64,000 nucleotides of DNA from Psammoneis japonica (lineage: Eukaryota). Below the pieces are notes generated by a model, which saw only the letters and a list, made by a program, of their open reading frames with translations, was not told the origin of the DNA and ran no database searches. Positions 52,201 to 63,560 of the stretch are shown here, piece after piece. The DNA lies in NCBI GenBank assembly GCA_008632985.1, contig QPGO01000026.1:434001-498000 (forward strand), read 5' to 3'. Position 1 is the stretch's first letter, and every line of letters begins with the position of its first letter. A program made the position numbers and the translations under genes.

Positions 52201-54744
52201 TTTGGTTCGCCCGCCCACACATGGCTGCTGGCGCTCATGCATGTGTGCTTCACACTCAACCATGCAGCGTCCCCATGTCTCCACTGGCGCACGCCCCTCG
52301 AGACTCTCACTGGCTCCACCCCAGACATCAGCCCATTGCTTCGCTTTCACTGGTGGGAACCCATGTGCTTCCACCTCGATGACTCCGATTGGCCGCCCGA
52401 ATCCCGTGAGTTGCGTGGATGCTTTGTTGGCATTGCTGAGCACGTCGGCCACCAGATGACATTCAAGATTCTCTCTGACGAGACTCAGAAGATCCTCTGC
52501 CGGTCCAACGTGCGCTCTGCTGCCACCGATCCTGCCGTTCGAAACCTGCGTCTTGATCCTCCTGATGGGGAGCCACCTGAACCCATCATCAAATCTTGCC
52601 ATGACGACAATCCCGTTGATTCTCCTGATGGGGAGATCAGGACACCCAAGATGCCAGTTTTCGACCCGCAAGACATCATCGGACGCATCGTGTCACACGA
52701 AGGACCTCTGAAGCCTCATGACCCAACCTGGAAAGGCTCAAGCTACAACATCATGCTTGAATGGGAAAGTGGGGAGATCATGTCCGAGCCTCTTGCCATG
52801 ATCGCCAAGGATGACCCCGTCACCTGCGCCATCTATGCACGAGAGAACGGACTTCTTGACACGGATGGCTGGAAGTGGTTCCGCGCCATCGCGAGGCGCC
52901 AAAAGAAGCCACTTCGCATGGCCAACCAAGCCAAGCTTTGCTCCTTCCACACTGCACCTCACTGCAAGTGCGGATGCGAAGTTCCCCGGAACTGCAAACA
53001 CGCCATGTCACTAGACGAACGCAACGGCAACCGCAAATGGGGAGACGCAACTAATCTCGAGATGGACCAACTCGAGGAATACGAAGTCTTCCATGACTGC
53101 GGGCCCTTCGAGTCTTCCACTCCTCCTGCGGGACACAAGAAGATACGAGTGCACCCAGTGTACGACGTGAAACACGACGGTCGCCACAAGGCACGACTCG
53201 CAGCCGATGGGCACCTCACGGACGCACCTGTCGACAGTGTCTGCTCCGGAGCAGTCTCCCTCCGTGGCCTCCGGCTGATGATTTTCCTGGCCGAACTCAA
53301 CGAGTTGGAGACATGGGCCACCGACATTGGCAATGCCTGCCTTGAAGCCACCACCAAGGAGAAGCTCTACATTGCAGCCGGACCCGAATTTGGCAAACTC
53401 GAAGGACACATCCTTGTCATCCACAAGGCCCTGTGTGGACTGCGCAGCTCCGGTCTCCGCTGGCACAAGCGCTTTGCCGACTGCCTGCGAGCTGAAGGCT
53501 TCTTCCCCTGCCGCGCCGAACCCGACATTTGGATGCGCAGGAACGGCGACCACTGTGAATGCATTGCCATTTATGTGGATGACCTCGCCATTGCTGTGAA
53601 GGACCCTCAATCTTTCGTCGATGCTCTCACGGAAAAGCACAAGTTCAAGCTCAAGGGTGCGGGACCCATTGAGTTCCATCTGGGTTGGGACTTTTCCCGG
53701 GATCCCGATGGCACCTTGTGCCTGTCTCCGCGCAAGTGCATCAAGCGCATGGTCGACAGCTGCACCCGACTGTTTGGGGAGAAACCCACCACCAACGCCC
53801 TGTCACCTCTGGAGAAGGGTGACCACCCCGAACTGGACACTTCCGAACTGCTGGAGCCCGATGGCATTCACAAGTTCCAGTCCCTTGTTGGTTCACTCCA
53901 ATGGGCAGTGTCTCTTGGTCGAATTGACATTGCCACGGCCGTCATGTCACTCTCTAGCTTCTGAGCCGCGCCCCGTCAAGGCCACTTGGATCGTGCCAAA
54001 CGCGTCTGTGGGTGCCTCTCCAAGATGCGACACGGTGCTCTCCGCGTTCGCACGGAAGAGCCCGACCATTTGGATCTCCCTGCTCCGGCCTGTGAACGGA
54101 TGCATTCCGTGTACGGCGAAGCAGAAGAGATGATCCTGAAGGACGCTCCACCGCCCCTTGGCAAGTTCGTCACTGCCACCCACTGCGTCGATGCAAACCT
54201 GCACCATTGCATGCTCACCGGACGCTCTGTCATGGGAGTGCTCCACTTCCTCAACAAATTCCCGGCTGATTGGTTCTCCAAGAAGCAAGCCACCGTGGAG
54301 ACTGCAACCTGTGGGTCTGAATTTGTTGCCGCAAGGACTTGTGTCGAGCAGATTGTCGACCTGCGCATCACCCTGTGACACCTTGGCGTCCCAATCCGCA
54401 ATGTCAGTTGCATGTTCGGTGACAACAAGTCAGTTGTAGACAGTGCCACCATCCCACACTCCAAGTTACACAAGCAACACACCGCACTGTCGTTCCACCG
54501 TGTGCATGAGGCAATTGCCTCTGGTTGCCTTGAGCTCCAAATCATCGAAGGCTCCCGCAACCCTGCTGACATTCTCAGCAAGCATTGGGGCTGCTCCCAA
54601 ATCTGGGACCTTCTCCGCCCCCTCATGTTCTGGAACTTCATTCCATCCAAAGTCGAATCTGTTTCTGTGACTCCTCAAGCAAACTGGGGAGTGACAGGAT
54701 TTGAACAGGATCCAGGTGCGCGCGAAATGTCGCGCACTGTTTAG
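49294..54744 (+). pseudogene. Copia gag-pol polyprotein, hypermutated (TGA stops at 53962-64 and 54376-78)
   Basis: PR (VDRGANGG), IN (VATDT...D...SEPHQQHQNFAERR), a chromo-like segment, RT (KARL.ADG, DIGNA, KALCGLRSSG, YVDD) and RH (DA..., GSEF, GDN, ADILSK). About 11 Tyr in 1566 aa. Confidence 0.93.
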
Positions 54745-54967
54745 TTTGCCGCGCACAGTTTTGTGTGCTTTAGTTCCGCGCGTTCGTGCGTGATGCAGTT
54801 TGCTTTCGAGCCACAAGGCTCACAAGAACAACAGCAGCAGCCCGATTGTACCGACTTGCACGTCTTTCGGCTCCTGCGACGGTCTCTGAGCGGAGACTCA
54901 TCTGCCATTTAGACAGCAGTGAGGAGTTGTTGTTTGAATTCTTGCCATTTGCCTTCAATTTCTGTCA
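54692..54967 (+). repeat. 3' LTR
   Basis: Matches the 5' LTR; preceded by the PPT and followed by the TSD. Confidence 0.97.
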
Positions 54968-55501
54968 AGGACACAGGGCTGCTGGAGAGAGAATTTTTTG
55001 TGCACACAGTGGAGAAATTGACACTCTGGTGGTTGTGAAAGTTGAGCACAGCACAACATCAGCATGACAGCAGAGCAGAGAACAAATGCAAGCTCCAACA
55101 AAAACGACCAAGCTTGCATGCGTGCACCATTTTTCAAGCAAAAAAGATGACATTTCCACTGCCAGCAACATTTTGGCAAAATCACAACTCAAGTGCACCT
55201 GAAAAATGCAATGTTGTTTTGTGTGCACCTGCACACTTTGATTTTGGGAAGAAATGTTGAAGCAGCTCATTTTGGCCAAATTTGAAAAATGGGCCATTTG
55301 ATGAATGGAGACCTGGACATTTAAAAAATGGGGGGGACAGTGCTGTGCTGCATGCGAAATGCCGAAAAATTCCAAATCTTTCAGCGTTGCACCACGCGAT
55401 GTGCCGAGTGAGGTCAAATGATGCAGAGGTGCTTTAGAGACCACAAGCTTCAAACAACTAAAAAGAATCTGCCATCAAAATTGCTGAAAAGCAGCTGCTG
55501 T

Positions 55502-56128
55502 TTACATCACAGGCTTGTGCATGAAATTGGCCTGAAATCCAAAGGTGAGCCAGATGTCACAAGCTCGTTGCACGTCTGCGGTCGAGTTGACCTTGATGCC
55601 GCACTTGACGCATCCTGACAACTTCGAGACACGGACAGCCCATTCATCACCCGACCTGTCTGCTGCCACTGATGATGACTGAAACACTTCACATGCATTG
55701 AATTTACGATCATTCTGAGAAAAAATCAGCTGCAGCACAAACTGGCGTCCACTCTGCCATGCTGCCTGCGTGGATCGGCAACCTTGATCTGGGAGGTTGA
55801 GGAAGGACATTCTGCCATCTTCCTCTTGGAATTTCTGCTGCACCTCAAGCAGTCCACTTTTGTTGAAACAATCTGAGTCTGACACTGCTCCCGGGTAAAT
55901 TTCAAGCATCCCCATCCAACCGCAGGGTTGGATGTACACACCTCCCTTGCCCACACATCCCCCACAGCAATTGGAGTGAGTCAGGCACTGCAACTCAGCA
56001 TCTGATGGCTTGCCTGCCACCATTTTCACAAGGTGTTCCAGTGTTGTCATGGAACACAGTGCGCTTCCCTTCATGTCACCCAACCCATTTCTCACTCCGC
56101 AATTTTTCATCTTCAGCAACAGTTGCAT
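55502..56128 (-). pseudogene. DDE_Tnp_4-type transposase fragment
   Basis: KPSDAELQCLTHSNCCGG..GKGGVYIQPCGW...GAVSDSDCF...DQGCR...DRSGDEWAVR matches the Harbinger/ISL2EU pattern (T-Y-S-x-YY, G.VSD, D.GY, R...ERA) with Tyr changed to Cys/His. Confidence 0.8.
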
Positions 56129-56819
56129 GCCTCGGCCAGTTGCTGCGCGCCACCTTGACTGCTGCCATTTTTGATGCCAGCACCTTTTTCACAACCTTTG
56201 GCGTGGTGCTGCACTTGCTGGTGAGGCTGCTGATTGAAGCAACTGTTCTGTTCCATGCAAACTCGAAGCATGCATGCCATTCTTCATGCCAAGTGAGCGA
56301 GCCAGTTTCTCATGGCATGACTTCCAGCTGCTGTCCTTCTCATCAATTGGGGCCAGTGCAGCAGGATGTGTCGGCATGGTGGTGACTCGATGCATTCGAT
56401 GAGCAAGTTCACTGTTCTTGCAACGCCCGTTTCCGAAACAGCAAATCTTGCGCCCTGTGTGACGCTTGTGTTGCTTCTTCTTTTGCTTCTCCCTTTTGCT
56501 CCTCGTCATCACTCTACCCCTGGCCCTTTGCACCGACTTGGCAGCACCTTTTTGCTTTGCGGGTCTGCTGCGACTGCCCGATGCCTCTAGAACCGCAGCA
56601 ATGATGTCCCTTTGCACCAACGAATCATCCAAACACAAGCAGACGGCACTTGCCTCGGATCGCTCCCGCAGCAGTCAACAGCCGGCTGTTTCCCTAAAAT
56701 GGTCAAGGCTCTTGTGATCGATTTGCGTGAGACCAATTTCATCCTTTTGAAGATCTGTCAAGCAATCCACAGCAGCCGCCATTAAAGACCAATTGGGAAT
56801 CCCAATGGGAACCGCACTC

Positions 56820-57780
56820 AAAGCCGCATCGTCATTCGTTGTTTTGTTTTGTTGTCTTCACCTTTCATCACTTTCTGCACATGCTTGATCGATTTCTGCG
56901 ACAGATCAAAGCACCGACAGTCTCTCGGCAGTTTGTACACATGCCCCGCCGGAGGTGGTTTGGGTGTCATTTTGGATTTCTCCGTTCCAACAGTGCAATC
57001 ATTGAGCAGCTCTCGCATCGTTTTTGACTCGTCAATGGTGGCACAATGCTTTGTTGGATTCATGACCGTTCCCAGCCGTCGCAAGTCATCAACAAGACTT
57101 TCCTTCATCTCACTGTCAAGAGCTGGCTCTGCATTGCCCCATCATGCAGCAAGCTCATGGAGAGCATGTGCTGCAAGACCGTCCAACAACAACTGGGACA
57201 ATTTTTGCATGGCCGCCGGAACATGAACATCAACCACGCGCTCAGCACAGTGACTTCCTGACTTGCAATCACAGCTGCAACAAACCAGGCCTTCTTCTGG
57301 CGCAAACGCAAAACTGGATCGTTTCCTTGCAGATCTCTCCTTGGCAGTGACACTGGACTCAAGCCGGTTGATCTTCTCCTTCAACTCAGCCACCTGACCT
57401 TGCGGGAGCTCTGGATCTTGAGTCTTGTCCGTTGGAGCCAACAAATGTTTTCGCAACTGCATGGCATCAATTCTGGCTTGCTCTGATGCACAATGGCAGC
57501 CTTCTTCAAATGGTGTCGTGACATCAAGTTGTCAATCACGACAACGACGTCTACACTGGCGGCTGCAAATGGTGCAACAAAATCAACCATGGACTGCACA
57601 GGGCCGCTTGTGCAATGACTGCATTTCCGAGAGAGCCAGTTGGCATCAATGTACAAATGCGGCATTGCTCTACCTTGCACCGTTGCTTGGTGCCTCAGAA
57701 TGGTGCACAAGTCACCAAAGGATGTTCCATCTTTCTCGAGAAGGAAATGCAGCAATGATCGGCAACCTTTCATGCCCGTG
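56820..57780 (-). pseudogene. Second ORF of the DNA transposon: PIN/XPG-N-like nuclease remnant
   Basis: (M)GMKG at the start, then LYIDANWL and VVVVIDN..SRHHLKKAAI, resembling FEN1/XPG-family N-terminal motifs. Frameshifted. Confidence 0.5.
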
Positions 57781-58745
57781 GCGGATGAAGTGGTGCTCTG
57801 GCATGCTGCACAGTGACAAGACGAGATGACACAATCACACGCAACAAAGCTGATGGTTCATTGAGGTGAATGATTTGAATCGGCTGAGAATTTTTTAAGT
57901 TTTTTCTGCGCGTGCGCACTGTCCCCCGTTTTTTAAATGTCCAGGTCTCCATTGTGTGCACCCGCACACATCCCCCCCTGGAGCCAGAGGTGCAGTGTTT
58001 GGACACTTGGCAGAGGCTGATGAGAGGGGACACAATGGGAGATGCCCTGTGTGCTGAGAGAGTGAACATGGGCTCAGCCAAGGGAGCCAAAAAAGAAGTG
58101 CCTGCACACTTTTTCCTTCACTTGCCCCTTGCTTCTTCTGAAGCAGCAGCACTTGCTGCCAGCAGCACCAGTCTCATGAGCAGCCCCCAGTTTGATTGGT
58201 TGCACCGCTCATGATCAAACACACTTTTTGCGCAACTGGCACACTTTGGATGGACAAATTGCACTCCCAGCACTCATCCTTTTTTTGAACATGATGATGT
58301 CGTGTGTGAGTCACTTTGTTCCACAGCTCTTGCTCTCAAGCTGCACAAAGCAAGTCTGTGGTGCATGCGCTGGGTTCACTCCACAAGCTCCAGCTCTAGA
58401 AGCCACTTTGTCAGTTCTGTGCTGAGCCTTGTGCGCAGCACAGCCTCTGCACGGAGAGGATCTCCCACACCTGGGCAACACTGTGCATCACGTCCAATTG
58501 CTTGTGTTTCGCATGTGCTCATTGCTCATCATTGGGAGCCCCATTTTGATGGGTTGTTTTTCTTCAATTTTAAATGATGGCCATTGGAAAGCGGCACAGC
58601 ATTCTTGTTGCGGCCGTGCGACACTAAGTCTCACAGTCTGGTTGTTCGGTTCTGAGTGCTCATTGCCTTCTGTGTCTACTGGCACGAGAACTTCGTTAAG
58701 TCATTCTGACAGGGCAATGCCATTGAGTCCATCCCAAATGTCTTT

Positions 58746-59848
58746 ATGAGATATTTTTTAGACACTCCAGTCCACAGAAAAAAGAAAACGAGAACTCGCA
58801 ACCCCGCGCCCCCGGATACGGATGGATACAGACACGGAACGGAGCTTTGGGTTCATGATCCAGCGAGTGACACAACGGAAATAGCCAAGGACATTCGTCC
58901 AGGTCGCGATAGTTCGGTCCCAGAGTTTTTCACACCTTTGAATGGCAAGCTGTACTTTCGTACCCGGATAGACGAGCACGGAGAGGAGCTTTGGGTATAC
59001 GATCCTGTTGTTGGAAAAGCGCAAATGGTGCGCGATATTTTCGTTGGCAAAAAGTCGTCCGATCCAGCGTTTTTAACTCCATTGGATGGAAAGCTCTTTT
59101 TCAGTGCAAACGATAAAAAGACATGGATTTGAGCTTTGGGTCACGATCCATTGCGCCAGAAAACGGAAACATTGCTGGATCTCCAACCGGTTGATTCGTC
59201 TTCTTCTCCGCGTTTGTTGACCCCCATACGGAAAACAACAAACTGTACTTTACTGCCGATGATGGCCAAAGGCGTAAGCGTTTTTGTGCTGGAGCTGCTG
59301 CAGAACGATCGTGACGGCGACGGTGTCCAGGATAACGTGGACAACTGCCTGTCGGTGGCCAATGCGGATCAAAAGGATGCCGACGGCGACGGCATTGGAG
59401 AGGCTTGTGATATTTGTCCTTTTGAATCCAACCGTCTGCAAGTCATTAGCAAGCGACCCATGGGCCGATTCCGGATTCGTTCCAAGCCTCGATACAAGTT
59501 CTCATTGTGCCCATCCCACTTGAAGAGTAAAGCCACGGACACCAACGTTTCGAGGCTCTGGCTTTAAAGATTCGGTTAAAGAATTGTGCAAACGAGTTGG
59601 TAACGGACGATCTGGTTGGACTCGAGCCAACGGTGCATCGCATTGTAAAACTTGGCTTTGACGACAGGATTTGGTACACAAATGCCCAACTGCGTCTCTT
59701 TCCAAAGCAAGGCAATTGGGTGTTCAAACCTGAACTATGGCACAAGAACAGTCTTGATGGAGCGGGTTGCTACTTGGCAGAAATCAAGATTCGCCTGCCC
59801 GATGGACGAGGGGTCGTATACGCAAGCTCGCCGATTTATCTAAACTAA
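58746..59848 (+). pseudogene. Truncated tandem paralog of the ELW-repeat/TSP3 gene at 60564
   Basis: Three ELW repeats, a TSP3 repeat and the same C-terminal domain, spread over several frames. No signal peptide. Confidence 0.8.
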
Positions 59849-60563
59849 GACGACGATCTTTGGTTGGCAGATCGTGAGGTGGAGGAATCGGTCTCTCCAC
59901 TTGGGCTTTTCACTTCAATCACCCGCGCTCGAATTTCCGTGACGTCGCGGTTTTTGGTCTTGTGTCGTTTCCCATTCACCATCTTGAGCAGCTACAATAA
60001 GTTGCAAAGTCAAATGAGATTAGTAGTGTCGTGTGCGACGTGCGCGCGAGCTGAGAAGATTAGTCTTGCGTGCGTCCGTGGAATAGAGGATGGACGCAAA
60101 CATTGCTGCATTGCAGTAGGGGGCAGGCTATGGCACAATGAAACACTAAAGCAAGAATGCGAGAACTTGACGGTCCAAGTCATCTCACAATTTTCATCAA
60201 CCGTCGTTCGGCGTTTGGCTCATCGAAAAAGAAAAGGCACCGCGAATGTCATTTCGAAGGGCAATTGCAAAATGTCCTTAGAGACTTAGAGACTCAGTCA
60301 AACAAAAACCAGAACTCGCAACCCCCCAACCTGACCGCAATGCGAACCAAGGGATTACACACTAAAGTCAACGAACTCTCCTTGAAGCAAATCACACCAA
60401 CCAAGAAGAACTGTAAACAGCATTACACGTGCTACGGCAAAGTGACACCCAAACTCAAGAATATACGAGGATTCGACAGTCCACACCATCTCACAATTTC
60501 CTTTGCACCACAAAATCGCAAATTGTCTTTAGTCGTTGCTTTGGAACAACATAGTCAAGAAAC

Positions 60564-62561
60564 ATGACTGTACTCGGCTTGCTCTGGGGCTTGTCATACC
60601 TCATTGTTTTGTTTTGCAGCTCGGTCAACGCGAAAAACATTCGTGGAAAGACCTCCAGTGGAGGAATTCCGTCGTCGCTGGAGGACGAATTTGCTCCTCT
60701 AAGAAAAACGAGGACTGGCTACAATGAGGAGAGCCAAGTCAATGTCAATCGTGAGTTGGCAGAACGTAATCTAACGTCATCCTACTCCATCCGAGAGATC
60801 ACCGGGATAGTATTTCATATGCGTAGAACGGGGGTACCAATGGAGGGAAAGACTTATTTTCAATATGATGATGGAAAGCATGGAGAGGAGCTTTGGGTGC
60901 ACGATCCAGTAAGTGACACTGCGGAAATGATAAAGGATATTACTCCCGGTAGCGGCTCTTCAAATCCACGGTATTTCACAACCATGGATGGAAAGCTGTA
61001 CTTTCGAGCGACTGACGGAAAGCACGGTAGGGAGCTTTGGGTACATGATCCATTGAGTCAAACCACGGAAATGGTAAAGGATGTCAATCCTGGCAGCGGC
61101 TCTTCAGATCTAGCCTATCTGATGCCCATGTATGGAAAGCTGTACTTTCAAGCGACTGATGGAAAGCAAGGTTGGGAGCTTTGGGTACATGATACATTGA
61201 GTCAAACCACCGAAATGGTAATGGATATCAATCACGGTCACAAAAATTCGTTTCCATCGGAGTTGACGCCCATGTATGGAAGGCTGTACTTTCGAGCGAG
61301 TGATGAAAAGCATGGTTCTGAGCTTTGGGTACATGATCCATTGAGTCAAACCACGGAAATGGTAATGGATATCAATCCCGGTCGCAAAGATTCGTTTCCA
61401 TCGGACTTGACACCATTGGATGGAAAGCTGTACTTTCATGCAACTGATGGAAAGCATGGTTACGAGCTTTGGGTTCATGATCCATTGTCTCAAACGACGG
61501 AAATGATAAAGGATATCAATCCCTATTCATCCTTTCCAACAAATTTAACGCCAATGAATGACAAGCTGTATTTCAGTGCTAATGATGGAGAGCTTGGAGA
61601 AGAGCTTTGGGTTCATGATCCATTGACTCTAACGACGGAATTGGTAAAGGACATACGGCCCACGGGCAGGCGTTCGGATTCGAATCCAAGTTTGTTCACG
61701 CCCATGGATGGAAAGCTGTACTTTAGAGCTTATGATGGAAAGCATGGAAGTGAGCTATGGGTTCACGATCCATTGAGTCAAACGACGGAAATGGTAAAGG
61801 ATATCAATCCCCGTAGGAACTGGTCGGATCCATCGTGGTTGACTCCAATGAATGGTAGGCTGTACTTTCGAGCAAATGATGGAAAGCATGGAACTGAGCT
61901 CTGGGTACATGATCCCTTGAGCCAAACGACGGAGATGGTAAAGGACATCTGGCCCGGCAGCGGGTTGTCGGATCCACAGCGATTGACACCAATAGATGGT
62001 AAGCTGTATTTCCAAGCTCATGACGGAGCAAGCGTTAAGTATTTCGTGTTGGAACCAATTCATAATGATCTCGACGGTGACGGTGTGCCAGATAATGTGG
62101 ACAACTGCCCGTTGGTCCCCAATGCAAACCAAGGTGATCACGACGGGGACGGTGTTGGAGACGCCTGCGACGAAAAGTGCCCCATTCAAGTCGTTGCCAA
62201 GAGACCCATGGGCCGAGTCCGAATCCGCTCCAAACCAAGATTTAAGTTTTCTTGTCCCCCGTACTTGACAAAAAAAGCAGTGGACAGCAGCAAAGCTCTT
62301 GTTTTAAAGTTTCGATTGAAGGACTGCAGCAATGAGCTGGTCACGGATGCCGAACCCGAGTTGATGCGTATTGTAAAAGTTGGTAGCACACTCGTCAAGG
62401 ACACCGGCTTGCCGGGTGAAAAACTGAAGAAGAAGAAAGGAAACTGGGTCTACAAAGTAGGAAGTCCTAAAAAGCTTGGTGGTGCGGGATGCTATGTGGC
62501 GGAATTCAAGATTTCCAATGGCGGAGGAGGTTTCGCATATGCCAGCGCGTCGTTTTTGTAA
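60564..62561 (+). CDS. Secreted ELWxxDGT-like repeat (8 x ~48 aa) beta-propeller protein with thrombospondin type-3 Ca-binding repeats
   Basis: Signal peptide; GKLYFxAxDGKHGxELWVHDP units; [35 protein letters not shown]. Intact 665-aa ORF. Confidence 0.9.
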   Translation: MTVLGLLWGLSYLIVLFCSSVNAKNIRGKTSSGGIPSSLEDEFAPLRKTRTGYNEESQVNVNRELAERNLTSSYSIREITGIVFHMRRTGVPMEGKTYFQYDDGKHGEELWVHDPVSDTAEMIKDITPGSGSSNPRYFTTMDGKLYFRATDGKHGRELWVHDPLSQTTEMVKDVNPGSGSSDLAYLMPMYGKLYFQATDGKQGWELWVHDTLSQTTEMVMDINHGHKNSFPSELTPMYGRLYFRASDEKHGSELWVHDPLSQTTEMVMDINPGRKDSFPSDLTPLDGKLYFHATDGKHGYELWVHDPLSQTTEMIKDINPYSSFPTNLTPMNDKLYFSANDGELGEELWVHDPLTLTTELVKDIRPTGRRSDSNPSLFTPMDGKLYFRAYDGKHGSELWVHDPLSQTTEMVKDINPRRNWSDPSWLTPMNGRLYFRANDGKHGTELWVHDPLSQTTEMVKDIWPGSGLSDPQRLTPIDGKLYFQAHDGASVKYFVLEPIHNDLDGDGVPDNVDNCPLVPNANQGDHDGDGVGDACDEKCPIQVVAKRPMGRVRIRSKPRFKFSCPPYLTKKAVDSSKALVLKFRLKDCSNELVTDAEPELMRIVKVGSTLVKDTGLPGEKLKKKKGNWVYKVGSPKKLGGAGCYVAEFKISNGGGGFAYASASFL

Positions 62562-62603
62562 TCTCGAATTAGATTAAAACTCTATAACAGTTTCTCTCCA
62601 GCA

Positions 62604-63560
62604 TTATTCAATTTTTTCAAAATGTCGCTCTCTCAAAACAAGTACAGTACTTATTCTATGCAGCACTTGATCGCCGGCTTGTAACGGGGGAGCGTACGCA
62701 GCGTTCCCGTCACATACGTTCTCCCGGTCCCACCGCGATAACTTTGCCCTCGTTTGGATGCTGCTTGGTGGTATTACTGGGCAAAATGATTCTGCCGGCC
62801 GCTTCATCGGCGGCACATTGTACTCTAGTGACCACAGCAGAATAAATATATGCACGAGAAGTCCAACGTGAGCGCGTACAGATACAGTTACCTGGTGATC
62901 TTTGCCCACTTTTTGCTCTAAGACTGGGAGAGCTTTTTGAAATTCAACCAGTGCTTCATGGAAATGCCTGGTGCTGTAAAGGGCCAAACCGACATTGTCA
63001 TGAGAGATCGCGGTCTGTCTACGTGATCATGAGTCTTGAGAAACTCCTCTCTAGGGCTACGCGATGGTCACGCTTACTCAGTAGAACCAATGTTGTTGTA
63101 GCTTGTCGCAGTGTGACAGTGACAATGGCCCATAATGTCTTCAAAAGTTGCGTTTGCCGTGCGAAATTGCCAAAGAAATCCATCGATGATACGGTTCAAT
63201 ATGATGTAGACTCGGTCGGCCTCTTCAGACGCCTTCCCATCTTGGACTTGGGTGTTGGCAAACGCCTTGTTGAGAATCCATCATGCCCGCACCATTCTCG
63301 TCATTTAAAGGCTCATTTACAAAATTATCTTTTTGAGCTGGTGACATGGCAACAATCACGTCACAGTGTTCTTCTCCAAGCTTGAACACAATTTCAAAGA
63401 CACACCAGATGTGGGTCTCAGTCAGATAGAAAGGTGTCTCCCACGGTGACATTGTGCCTGTGACGTGACCAATTCCAAGCAACTCGGCTTTCAAATGTTC
63501 ATCCACAAATGGTTCACCTCAGCAGTGCCGACCTTGGATTGCTGGGACGTTCCTTTATGA
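62604..63560 (-). pseudogene. Fragmented member of the diatom TPR ('kinesin light chain'-like) family
   Basis: Fragments GIGHV..TMSPWETPFYL...WCVFE...CDVIVAM, KIQDGKASEEAD and the TPR-like EALVEFQKALPVLEQKVGKDH. Multiple frameshifts; the 5' part is TA-depleted. Confidence 0.6.

Larger units (their letters stand above)
48100..54967 (+). mobile_element. Complete Ty1/Copia (CoDi-like) LTR retrotransposon, 6868 bp, TSD AGGAC
   Basis: 276-bp LTRs with TGACAG...CTGTCA ends; AGGAC at 48095-48099 and 54968-54972; purine tract ggggag before the 3' LTR; domain order gag-PR-IN-RT-RH. Confidence 0.97.
55307..57950 (-). mobile_element. ISL2EU/PIF-Harbinger-group DNA transposon (2644 bp) with ~35-bp TIRs and AT TSD
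   Basis: GGAGACCTGGACATTTAAAAAA(T/C)GGGGG..ACAGTGC at both ends in inverted orientation, flanked by AT (55305-06 and 57951-52). Contains a DDE_Tnp_4-like ORF. Confidence 0.85.
45830..58700. other. Nested TpA-depleted transposon cluster: an unclassified old host sequence interrupted by a complete Copia and an ISL2EU-like element
   Basis: TSD-bounded insertions at 48100-54967 and 55307-57950 sit within more heavily decayed, TA- and CG-poor flanks. Confidence 0.75.

Noticed and set aside
49294..54744. Alternative genetic code or recoding (TGY read as Tyr, TGA read-through)
   Set aside because: Neighbouring genes use the standard code. Changes also hit Val, Leu, introns and LTRs, and differ between copies. 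The TGAs sit at expected Arg (CGA) positions.
48100..54967. ADAR-type RNA editing of the retrotransposon fixed by reverse transcription
   Set aside because: It would give one-strand A->G changes and identical LTRs. Here both directions occur, the LTRs differ, and a DNA transposon and an intron are also affected.
940..58700. Classical RIP or CpG methylation decay as the sole explanation
   Set aside because: Both are C->T processes. RIP increases TpA, and neither converts TAC to TGC/CAC or GTA to GCA. CpG decay is present but additional.
60860..62040. Regularly spaced gagctttgggt(a/t)catgatcca repeats resembling a CRISPR array
   Set aside because: They are in-frame coding repeats with conserved intervening sequence in a eukaryotic gene, and there are no cas genes.
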